Origin: Candidatus Zixiibacteriota bacterium
GTDB taxonomy: Bacteria; Zixibacteria; MSB-5A5; GN15; JAAZOE01
Length of the DNA stretch: 37,658 nucleotides
NCBI GenBank assembly: GCA_043819555.1
Contig: JBDREQ010000033.1
Coordinates: 1-37,658 of the forward strand
Direction: 5' to 3'
In this document: in pieces, positions 29,374 to 37,337 of the stretch
Position numbering within the stretch: the stretch's first letter is position 1
Layout of the letters: each line of letters starts with the position of its first letter
Translations under genes and position numbers: made by a program
The notes under the pieces: generated by a model
Told to the model about the DNA's origin: nothing
Databases searched by the model: none
The model's input: only the letters and a program-made list of their open reading frames with translations

Positions 29374-30741
29374 ATGAAAGCGGCAGCGAAGAAAAAGACG
29401 GCTTATTTTTGTACTTCATGCGGGACGATGCACCACCGCTGGCAGGGACAGTGCCGTGAATGCGGCGAGTGGAATACTCTGCATGAAGAAACAATCGTAT
29501 CTCCGCAAAAACAAACGCAAATAAAATCATCGGGCAAAAATGAAGCGGTCGCGATGCCGGATATCAAAATCGAAGACCGGTCGCGGTTACTTTGTAAGAT
29601 AAACGAATTTGACCGGGTTCTCGGGGGCGGAGCGGTTATTGGATCGGCGATGCTTATCGGGGGCGAGCCGGGGATTGGTAAATCGTCGCTTCTGCTTCAG
29701 GTTGCCGAAAAATATTCTCAAAATGATATTAACGTCCTGTATATATCCGGCGAGGAATCGACGCATCAGATAAAAGAACGGGCCGGGCGGTTTGGCATTA
29801 AGGGGGATTCAATCTCTGTCGCCAATCTGACCGAGCTGGAAAGTATTCTCGAAGTCTGCCGGGGAGACTTCGGCGTTATAATTATCGATTCGATCCAGAC
29901 GGTGGCATCGGCGGCATTTGATTCGCCTCCCGGTACGGTCGGACAGGTGCGGGAATCGTCGTCGCGGTTGATTGAGATGGCCAAGCAGACGGGAAAAATA
30001 TTATTTCTCGTCGGGCATATTACAAAAGACGGCGCCGTCGCGGGACCGAAGGTGATGGAGCATATGGTTGACGCCGTTTTGTATTTTGAGGGCGACCGCA
30101 ATCATATGTACAGGATTTTACGCTCGCAGAAAAACCGGTTCGGTCCGGCGGGTGAAATCGGGGTTTTTGAAATGACCGGAAGCGGACTTGCCGAAGTGTC
30201 AAATCCTTCTGCGGTGTTTTTGTCTTCGTCGCACGACAGCATCACTCCCGGCAGGATATTATCGTCGGCGGTGGAGGGCAGTCGCTCGTTTTTGGTTGAA
30301 GTCGAAGCGCTGGTAGCAACATCACACTATGGTGTTCCTCAGCGAGTGGCATCGGGAATCGATAATAAACGGCTGGCGATAATCAGCGCAGTACTGGAAA
30401 AACGAGGCGGAGTGAATCTGGGCGGCAATGATATTTTCGTCAATATAGCAGGAGGATTTCGGATTGACGATACCGCTCTCGATCTGGCCTTTCTACTGGC
30501 AGCGGCATCATCGCGGCTGAATATTACCGTTGACGCCAATATGATTGTGATTGGTGAAACGGGATTGTCCGGCGATGTTCGTGGGGTAGGGCACATCGAC
30601 CGGCGTCTCTCCGAAGCGGCCCGGTTAGGAATGACCAAAGCGATGATCCCCAAAGCCAACGCGCAGAATTTGTCCGGTAAAAACAAACTTGAAATCATTT
30701 CGGTCGGTACAATTGAAGAGGCGTTGCAGGTGATTAGGTAG
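29374..30741 (+). CDS. radA: DNA repair protein RadA/Sms
   Basis: N-terminal C4 zinc finger, GGEPGIGKS, IDSIQT, KNRFG and a Lon-like C-terminal domain. Confidence 0.96.
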   Translation: MKAAAKKKTAYFCTSCGTMHHRWQGQCRECGEWNTLHEETIVSPQKQTQIKSSGKNEAVAMPDIKIEDRSRLLCKINEFDRVLGGGAVIGSAMLIGGEPGIGKSSLLLQVAEKYSQNDINVLYISGEESTHQIKERAGRFGIKGDSISVANLTELESILEVCRGDFGVIIIDSIQTVASAAFDSPPGTVGQVRESSSRLIEMAKQTGKILFLVGHITKDGAVAGPKVMEHMVDAVLYFEGDRNHMYRILRSQKNRFGPAGEIGVFEMTGSGLAEVSNPSAVFLSSSHDSITPGRILSSAVEGSRSFLVEVEALVATSHYGVPQRVASGIDNKRLAIISAVLEKRGGVNLGGNDIFVNIAGGFRIDDTALDLAFLLAAASSRLNITVDANMIVIGETGLSGDVRGVGHIDRRLSEAARLGMTKAMIPKANAQNLSGKNKLEIISVGTIEEALQVIR

Positions 30742-30774
30742 AGATGGAAGCAATGATGCAATTAAAACCTGTTT

Positions 30775-30896
30775 GTCATTCCAGCAAGTTTCGCGGCAGC
30801 GAAACGCAAGCTGGAATCCATAGGGCGTATGAAAAATTGCTGAATTATTCAATATTCGTTTACTCAGCGTGGATGCCCAGCTTTCGCTGGCATGAC
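30775..30896. repeat. REP-doublet (REPIN/MITE-like) element, copy C
   Basis: gtcattccagc...gctggaatcc, then a spacer, then ggatgcccagctttcgctggcatgac. Ends are inverted (tttgtcat/atgacaaa). Confidence 0.8.
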
Positions 30897-30958
30897 AAAA
30901 TCAAATATATAACAGATGATCCGATGTAAGCTGTGAGGAATTATGCCAGAAAGAAATT

Positions 30959-32146
30959 ATGAAATATCCTGAAGGATTTGAGTTTGAAGTAATACACACT
31001 GACGGTGATGCCCGGTTGGGGCGATTGACGACGCCTCATGCCGTTATCGATACGCCGGTTTTTATGCCGGTGGGTACTCAGGGGGCGGTCAAGTCGCTAA
31101 CATGCGAAGATCTCGAACAGATGGGGGCGCAGATTTTTCTGGTCAATACCTATCATCTGTATCTAAGGCCCGGCGTCGATGTTGTCGAAAAGATGGGGCG
31201 GGTACACGGCCTGACGGCATGGCCGAAGGCGATCCTGTCCGATTCGGGAGGGTACCAGGTTTTTTCGCATCGCGACCGGATAAAAATATCAGACGATGGC
31301 GTGCGGTTTCAATCTCATTTCGACGGCTCGTATCATGATTTCACGCCGGAAAAAGTTATCGAGATTGAAAGAAAGCTTGGGCCGGATATTATTATGTCCT
31401 TCGATGAATGCACCCCATATCCAGCGACGCGCGAGCAGGCTCTGGCGGGGCTCAAGCGAACTACCGATTGGGCAAAGCGAGGGATGGCGGCGTTTGAAAA
31501 ACTGGAAGAGACTGGCGAGTATCCTTCGCAGTTGCTTCATGGTATCGTCCAGGGTTCGGTCTATGAAGATTTAAGAAAACAGTCGGCGGATGAGCTTTTG
31601 CAACTGGATTTTCCGGGATATTCTATCGGCGGGCTATCGGTTGGCGAGCCGAAAGATGAAATGATTAAGATGCTCGATATAACCGTGCCATTTTTACCTA
31701 AAGACAAACAGCGGTATCTGATGGGAGTTGGGTATCCGGAAGATATATTAAATGCCGTTGAGCGGGGAATTGATATGTTCGACTGCGTGTTGCCGACACG
31801 GAACGCTCGCACCGGACTGGTGTTCACCAAAAGCGGGCCGTATAATTTTCGCAACGCATCAGCGGCTGACGATGACAAACCTCTCGATCCCGAATGCAAT
31901 TGTTATGTCTGTCAGCGTTACAGCCGGGCTTACTTACGGCATTTGTATTCGGTATCTGAGATAACGGCCCATCGTTTGGCTTCGTATCACAGCGTCAATT
32001 TCTTTATTGAGTTTATGCGTGATATTAGAACGGCTATTAGGGAAAACCGGTTAGGGAAGTTTAAGGAGGATTATTTTGGGAAATATAAGGGGAGTTATCC
32101 AAATGGGTTAATATCTACTTCGAAAAATCCAGACATTACAATATGA
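30959..32146 (+). CDS. tgt: Queuine tRNA-ribosyltransferase (bacterial preQ1-type TGT)
   Basis: Motifs TPVFMPVGT, DSGGYQ, FDEC, GGLSVGE, DMFDCVLPTR and the CxCxxC...H zinc site. Confidence 0.96.
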   Translation: MKYPEGFEFEVIHTDGDARLGRLTTPHAVIDTPVFMPVGTQGAVKSLTCEDLEQMGAQIFLVNTYHLYLRPGVDVVEKMGRVHGLTAWPKAILSDSGGYQVFSHRDRIKISDDGVRFQSHFDGSYHDFTPEKVIEIERKLGPDIIMSFDECTPYPATREQALAGLKRTTDWAKRGMAAFEKLEETGEYPSQLLHGIVQGSVYEDLRKQSADELLQLDFPGYSIGGLSVGEPKDEMIKMLDITVPFLPKDKQRYLMGVGYPEDILNAVERGIDMFDCVLPTRNARTGLVFTKSGPYNFRNASAADDDKPLDPECNCYVCQRYSRAYLRHLYSVSEITAHRLASYHSVNFFIEFMRDIRTAIRENRLGKFKEDYFGKYKGSYPNGLISTSKNPDITI

Positions 32147-32163
32147 ATATTATGAGTTTTCCA

Positions 32164-32192
32164 TTGCTATTTTACATAAAAATAGTTATAAT
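32164..32192 (+). promoter_or_regulatory. sigma70 promoter for the Lys-rich/TIR-like cassette
   Basis: TTGCTA-N17-TATAAT (perfect -10). AAGGA RBS before 32248. Confidence 0.65.
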
Positions 32193-32247
32193 TAAGTATA
32201 TAGAGTATTAGAAGTGATTAATATGTTCATCTCAAAAGGAATTATAT

Positions 32248-32580
32248 ATGACACCAGTCGCTAAAATGAAACCCGTTACGAGGAAAAAAAAGGCTGCTCC
32301 CAAGAAGAAGGTTAGTAAAAAGAAACCTGTTACGAAGAAAATAAAAGCTCCTAAAAAAGTAAAAAAGAAGGCTATTCCCAAGAAGAAGGTTAGCAAGAAG
32401 AAACCGGCCGCGAAGAAAATAAAGATTACTAAAAAGGTAAAGAAGAAGGTTAGTAAGAAAAAGCCAGCTGCCAAGAAAGTAAAACCAACTGGCAAAAGAG
32501 TTATTAGGAAAAGTTCAAAGATGTCGAGTTTTAGTCGTTCTAAAGCCAGGGCATCGGCAAAAATAAAATTAAAAAGATAA
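32248..32580 (+). CDS. Histone H1-like Lys-rich repeat protein
   Basis: About 46 of 110 residues are Lys (hand count), with no Asp/Glu. Repeated KKKVSKKKP/AAKK motifs with synonymous variation between repeats. Has its own promoter and RBS. Confidence 0.75.
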   Translation: MTPVAKMKPVTRKKKAAPKKKVSKKKPVTKKIKAPKKVKKKAIPKKKVSKKKPAAKKIKITKKVKKKVSKKKPAAKKVKPTGKRVIRKSSKMSSFSRSKARASAKIKLKR

Positions 32581-32581
32581 T

Positions 32582-33220
32582 ATGCCCATAGCAAAAAACT
32601 ATCGCTTTAATGTCTTTATTAATTGTCCCTTTGACCCAAAGTATATGAAATTGTTTCACGCAATTGTATTTACAATTATTGATTGCGGATTTGTTCCCCG
32701 TTGCGCACTTGAGATATCAGACGCCGGTGAAGAAAGATTGAGTAAAATATTAAAGATAATTGCTGAATGCAAATTTGGTGTTCATGATATATCACGAACA
32801 CAATTAGATAATAAAAATAATCTTCCACGCTTCAATATGCCATTAGAGCTTGGATTATTTTTGGGTGCCAGATATTTTGGTACTACATTACAGAAAAAAA
32901 AGAACTGTATTATTTTGGATAAAGAAAAATACAGATACCAGAAGTTCATTTCTGATCTTGGGGGAAAAGATGTTGTTGCTCATTCCAATAAAATTGCAAA
33001 CACTATTAGGGCCATTAGAAATTGGGCGGCTGCCAATAGTGAAGAAGTAATACCGGGAGACCAAAATATCTTGGAAAAATATTGTGATTTTAGTTGTCAG
33101 TTACCACAACAATGCAAACAATTAAGACTTGAATCGAAGTCATTAATATTTGTGGACTATTTGAGACTGGCAGAGGAATGGCTATTTAAATATGACAAAA
33201 TTATTGGAAGGGAAGAATAA
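32582..33220 (+). CDS. Hypothetical protein of the TIR / nucleoside 2-deoxyribosyltransferase (NDT)-like fold ('VFINCPFD' family)
   Basis: N-terminal VFI strand, then 'GVHDIS' and 'RFNMPLELG', in the order seen in NDT/TIR-like domains (catalytic-type Glu in ELG). Starts 1 nt after the upstream stop. Confidence 0.6.
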   Translation: MPIAKNYRFNVFINCPFDPKYMKLFHAIVFTIIDCGFVPRCALEISDAGEERLSKILKIIAECKFGVHDISRTQLDNKNNLPRFNMPLELGLFLGARYFGTTLQKKKNCIILDKEKYRYQKFISDLGGKDVVAHSNKIANTIRAIRNWAAANSEEVIPGDQNILEKYCDFSCQLPQQCKQLRLESKSLIFVDYLRLAEEWLFKYDKIIGREE

Positions 33221-33243
33221 ACCGGGGGTACTTATCTAAGCAA

Positions 33244-33326
33244 GCGGGTTCTGAACGGGGTGAGAAACCCGATATTATTTTTAGTTGTCGGGTTTTTCGG
33301 TCTTTTGGTCTCAGAACCCGGCCCAC
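33244..33326. repeat. Inverted pair of REP-like palindromes
   Basis: gcgggttctga...gaaacccga and gtcgggttttt...tcagaacccggcccac. The reverse complement of the second begins GTGG-gccgggttctga. Confidence 0.65.
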
Positions 33327-33416
33327 AAAAACAATTTTTAAATTGAATAAAAACCTCCCTTTAAGCATATAGATTTTATAAAATGTAAATATTAAATCTT
33401 TTTTTGGGGGTACAAA

Positions 33417-34829
33417 ATGAAGAAGTTATTCGCATTTATATTAATTACTTTTTTGTGTGCTGGATTTTCTAGCGCACAGTCTAATCAGGATATAATCGGG
33501 ACCTGGAACGGGAAGTTGTCAGTTGAGGGAGTCACATTGCGTTTATCATTCCATATAACCGATACATCCGGGACGCTTACGGCCGCGATGGATAGTCCCG
33601 ACCAGGGAGCTTATGGGATTCCGATGGATGCCTGTACTTTTGAGAACGGTAGCGTGCAAATTACAAAGGCTCAGATTATGGGCGTTTATGCAGGAAAGTT
33701 AAGTGACGACAAAAACAATCTGACAGGGACCTGGACGCAGGGCGGGCGAGAGATGGAGCTTAATCTCGAAAGGGGTGAGAAAATTAAGCTGAATCGTCCC
33801 CAGGAACCAAAACCACCATATCCGTATCTCGAGGAGGAAGTGTCTTTTGAGAATAAGGAAGGTGGAGCTCATCTGGAGGGAACGCTGACCAAACCAAAAA
33901 CCGGCGGTCCGTTTCCAACAGTGATTCTGATAAGCGGCTCGGGGATGCAGAATCGAGATGAAATGGTCTTTGGACATCGTCCATTCTGGGTATTGGCCGA
34001 TCATCTTACGAGAAACGGAATTGCTGTTTTGCGCGTTGATGATCGCGGAACCGGTCAGTCAACAGGAGAAGTGATGACGTCCACAACCGAGGATTTTGCG
34101 GGGGATGTGAAGGCAGGCGTCGATTATCTCAAGTTGCGCGATGATATTGACAAGAGCAAAATCGGACTGATAGGGCATAGCGAAGGGGGGATTATTGCGC
34201 CAATGGTAGCCTCATCGACTGATGATGTCGCTTTTATAATCCTCTTAGCCGGACCGGGAGTACCGGGCAACGAGATATTAACGCGGCAGGCTATAGATAT
34301 TATGAGGCTGGAGGGTAATAGCGAAAATGAAGTTAAATGCTTTGGTGATCTCCAGAAACGGATACTCAAGGTGGCAACTAAAGATATTTCTGATGAAAAT
34401 GCTATTGATGAAATGAAGCGGATATTCAAATCATGGGAAGAAGCGTTACCTGAAGAAATATCTCAAGACCTTGATTCGACCATGATATTTCAAATGCAGC
34501 AGGGATTTGAGCAGGCCTTAATGCCATGGATGCGATATTTCGTGGCTTATGATCCTCGTCCGGCTTTGCAGATGACTAAATGCCCGGTTCTTGCTCTCAA
34601 TGGCGAAAAAGATATCCAGGTCTATGCAAAAGATAATTTGGCAGCCATCGAAGAAGCTTTAAAGGCAGGAGGAAATTCAAATTACAGAATAGAGGAAATA
34701 CCTAACCTCAATCATCTATTTCAGACTTGCCAGACCGGTGCGGTTACAGAATATGGCAATATTGACGAAACGTTTTCGCCGATTGCACTGAATATAATTT
34801 CTGAATGGATTTCTAAAGTGATTAAATAA
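33417..34829 (+). CDS. Secreted alpha/beta-fold serine hydrolase with N-terminal beta domain
   Basis: Signal peptide, GHSEGG nucleophile, GEKDIQV (Asp) and LNHLFQ (His). Confidence 0.88.
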   Translation: MKKLFAFILITFLCAGFSSAQSNQDIIGTWNGKLSVEGVTLRLSFHITDTSGTLTAAMDSPDQGAYGIPMDACTFENGSVQITKAQIMGVYAGKLSDDKNNLTGTWTQGGREMELNLERGEKIKLNRPQEPKPPYPYLEEEVSFENKEGGAHLEGTLTKPKTGGPFPTVILISGSGMQNRDEMVFGHRPFWVLADHLTRNGIAVLRVDDRGTGQSTGEVMTSTTEDFAGDVKAGVDYLKLRDDIDKSKIGLIGHSEGGIIAPMVASSTDDVAFIILLAGPGVPGNEILTRQAIDIMRLEGNSENEVKCFGDLQKRILKVATKDISDENAIDEMKRIFKSWEEALPEEISQDLDSTMIFQMQQGFEQALMPWMRYFVAYDPRPALQMTKCPVLALNGEKDIQVYAKDNLAAIEEALKAGGNSNYRIEEIPNLNHLFQTCQTGAVTEYGNIDETFSPIALNIISEWISKVIK

Positions 34830-34861
34830 CCGATGATTGGAGTCCTTTGATAGGTTTTTAG

Positions 34862-35458
34862 TTATGGTAATGGTTGAGCATCGCCGCTGATGATGCGAAC
34901 CATATAAATAAGGTCGGCGAGTTTCAATGGAGTCCCATCGGCATTAATGTCATAGACAAAATCATCCAGTTGATTTTGTCCCAAAGCTCTGGGACCGACA
35001 ATGAAGAAATTGGTTAACATGATGGCGTCGGCAGCTTCATAAGCAATACCATTGCTATTGATGTCTCCCCGGGTATATCTTTGAACTGTTCTTGAGATGA
35101 CATTTGAGATTTTTGACCAGTTGCCGGCCCGGTCAACAGATTTAATGGCAAAATAATATTTTGTATTCTCGATTAAACCAAAAACATAACAACTCTGAAC
35201 GACACCCTTTATTTCGGGGAAGGGCTCTCCGGATACTTGCGGAATCCGATACCAGTTTGCATCAGTTATTGAATCTGTCGAATACCGTAAATCATACGCG
35301 GCCGCTTTCGATTCCGGCCCGATATCCCCGGGGGCCGTCCAACTTAGTCTAATGGACACGCTTCGGGCGGCGCTTTCTTCACCGGCCATATTTATACTCA
35401 CGCCGGTTAATCCCAGGCTAATCCCTGCTAAGGCAAGAAATCCAAAAAATGTCCTCAC
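34862..35458 (-). CDS. Secreted fibronectin type III + dockerin-like protein
   Basis: Signal peptide; FN3 motifs 'LSWTAPGD...YDLRYS...GL...TKYYFAIKSVDRAGNWS'; duplicated Ca-loop/helix 'GDINSNG...AD' and 'DINADG...LADLIY'. GTG start. Confidence 0.8.
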   Translation of the reverse strand: MRTFFGFLALAGISLGLTGVSINMAGEESAARSVSIRLSWTAPGDIGPESKAAAYDLRYSTDSITDANWYRIPQVSGEPFPEIKGVVQSCYVFGLIENTKYYFAIKSVDRAGNWSKISNVISRTVQRYTRGDINSNGIAYEAADAIMLTNFFIVGPRALGQNQLDDFVYDINADGTPLKLADLIYMVRIISGDAQPLP

Positions 35459-35646
35459 GCTATCCTATCCCTGGCGTAAATTACCATAGAGGCCGGATCC
35501 CGTTGGCCCGTTTGGCAAGTAATTATGTCATCATGCTGAAGAAATAATCAGCAAGTATCAGTAAGTATGCGTGAGCGCTAACACTCGATATGCGGCTTCC
35601 CTGGACCGTAAAGATCCGTTTGTTCCCAAGTAATCTAACTTCCTCA

Positions 35647-35675
35647 AGTATAGTAATTGGCAAAGTACAATACAA
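35647..35675 (-). promoter_or_regulatory. Putative sigma70 promoter for the FN3-dockerin gene
   Basis: The minus strand reads TTGTAT-N17-TATACT, implying a ~180-nt leader. Confidence 0.45.
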
Positions 35676-35833
35676 GTACAAAAACCGTTATGAGTGATAA
35701 ATCTTTCAAGTTTATCTATGAAAAACACTCGTGGATATGGGAAATGTAACGGTAAAAAATGTTTATAATAATTCGTAACCTTTTGCCAAGCATAAAATTG
35801 TGCTAATTTAGAACAGCCAGGATGATGCAGGAG

Positions 35834-35854
35834 TATGGGGAAAAGCCGATAATT
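35834..35854. promoter_or_regulatory. Operator-like site upstream of the sigma54 regulator
   Basis: tatggggaaaagccgataatt matches tatgggtaaaaggcaataatt (2853-2873) at 18 of 21 positions. Confidence 0.5.
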
Positions 35855-35898
35855 CCTATAGAAACGTATATTCATAGACCATTATCACTGGAGTAAAA

Positions 35899-37266
35899 AT
35901 GTCCTCAATACTTGTAATTGATGATAAGGATTCAATGCGTAAAATGGTGGCCCAGACTCTCAGCGAGGAAGGGTATAATGTTTCAATGGCTGCCAGCGGT
36001 GCGGACGGTATAAATCTGGTTCGGGATAAGGAATTTGATCTTGTCATTACCGATTTGAAGATGCCTGACGTTGATGGCTTGGAGGTTCTTTCCAATGTCA
36101 AAGAAATTAACGATGAGACGGCAGTGATAGTAATGACCGCTTATGGTACCATAGAAACCGCCGTGGATGCAATGAAAAAAGGGGCTGAGGATTTTCTGAC
36201 TAAACCGTTTGATACCGATCATATGCTGCTTTTGGTTGAGCGCGCGCTTAAATCTCAACGAGTAATTGCCGAAAATGAAATCCTTAGGGAGGAATTGGGT
36301 AATCGTCTTGGGATGGGTGAAATAATAGGCTCAAACGAAAAAATGATCGAGGTTCTAAAACTTATCCAAAAGGTCGCGGTATCGGATACATCGGTTTTAC
36401 TTCAAGGTGAGTCGGGGACAGGTAAGGAGTTGTTCTCCCGAGCGATTCATAATTTGTCGCCCCGCAAGAAAGGGCCATTTATCGCAATTAACTGCGCGGC
36501 CATTCCTCGCGAGCTTTTGGAAAACGAATTGTTTGGTTCAGAACGAGGGGCTTTTACGGGATCGGTGGCGCGCAAAATCGGCAAGTTTGAGATTGCCGAT
36601 GGCGGCACGATATTTTTGGATGAAATCGGTGATATGGATATTGGGCTTCAAGCCAAACTGCTCAGGGTTCTGCAGGAAAAGACAGTTGAACGTCTCGGTG
36701 GCACTCGTTCGACCAAAATTGATACGCGCGTCATTGCGGCTTCCAACTCTGATCTTAAAGATTTAATCACCCAGAAAAAATTCAGAGAGGATTTGTACTA
36801 TCGATTATCGGTGTTTCCGATAGTAATCCCGCCATTACGGGTTAGGATAAATGATTTGGAATCATTGGCAAATCACTTTATCGCCCGATATTGCCGGGAA
36901 ATGAACAAAAGACCTAAATCATTATCAAAAGACGCTCTGACTTTGATGGAGAGTTATCATTGGCCGGGCAATGTCCGCGAACTTGAAAACACTATTGAGC
37001 GCGCGATAATTCTTTGCGATGGCAAAAAAATAAAACCGGAACATATGGCAATTAGGCTTAAAAGTAATAATGAAATTCAGCTTCGCGAAGGAGCCGGACT
37101 AAAGGAAATCGGGGCGCATGCCCAGGGACAGGTGGAACGAGCCGCAATTCTCAGAGTCCTGAATCAGGTTCGAGGAAATAAACGGCGTTGCGCGAAAATT
37201 CTACAGATTGATTACACAACTCTGTTTGATAAAATTAAAAAATACAAAATTGATACAAAAAGTTGA
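35899..37266 (+). CDS. NtrC/PilR/AtoC-family sigma54-dependent response regulator (REC-AAA+-Fis HTH)
   Basis: Receiver domain (VIDD, TDLKMP, TAYG, KPF), GESGTGKE, GAFTGS, FLDEIG, WPGNVREL and a C-terminal HTH. Confidence 0.95.
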   Translation: MSSILVIDDKDSMRKMVAQTLSEEGYNVSMAASGADGINLVRDKEFDLVITDLKMPDVDGLEVLSNVKEINDETAVIVMTAYGTIETAVDAMKKGAEDFLTKPFDTDHMLLLVERALKSQRVIAENEILREELGNRLGMGEIIGSNEKMIEVLKLIQKVAVSDTSVLLQGESGTGKELFSRAIHNLSPRKKGPFIAINCAAIPRELLENELFGSERGAFTGSVARKIGKFEIADGGTIFLDEIGDMDIGLQAKLLRVLQEKTVERLGGTRSTKIDTRVIAASNSDLKDLITQKKFREDLYYRLSVFPIVIPPLRVRINDLESLANHFIARYCREMNKRPKSLSKDALTLMESYHWPGNVRELENTIERAIILCDGKKIKPEHMAIRLKSNNEIQLREGAGLKEIGAHAQGQVERAAILRVLNQVRGNKRRCAKILQIDYTTLFDKIKKYKIDTKS

Positions 37267-37281
37267 AGATCGGGATAACAC

Positions 37282-37313
37282 AAAAAAACCCGCCAACAGG
37301 GCGGGTTTTTTTT
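37282..37313. terminator. Bidirectional Rho-independent terminator
   Basis: A7-cccgcc-aacag-ggcggg-T8 between convergent genes. Confidence 0.9.
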
Positions 37314-37337
37314 ATGCCAGTATATTATTACGCGGAA

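Noticed and set aside
32232..32594. Phe-rich antisense ORF resembling a membrane protein
   Set aside because: It is the mirror of Lys codons on the + strand; the promoter and RBS support the + strand gene.
35459..35640. c-di-GMP-I (GEMM) riboswitch
   Set aside because: Only fragments resemble it (caaac, ccggcct); the GAAA tetraloop and GCAAAG junction are missing.
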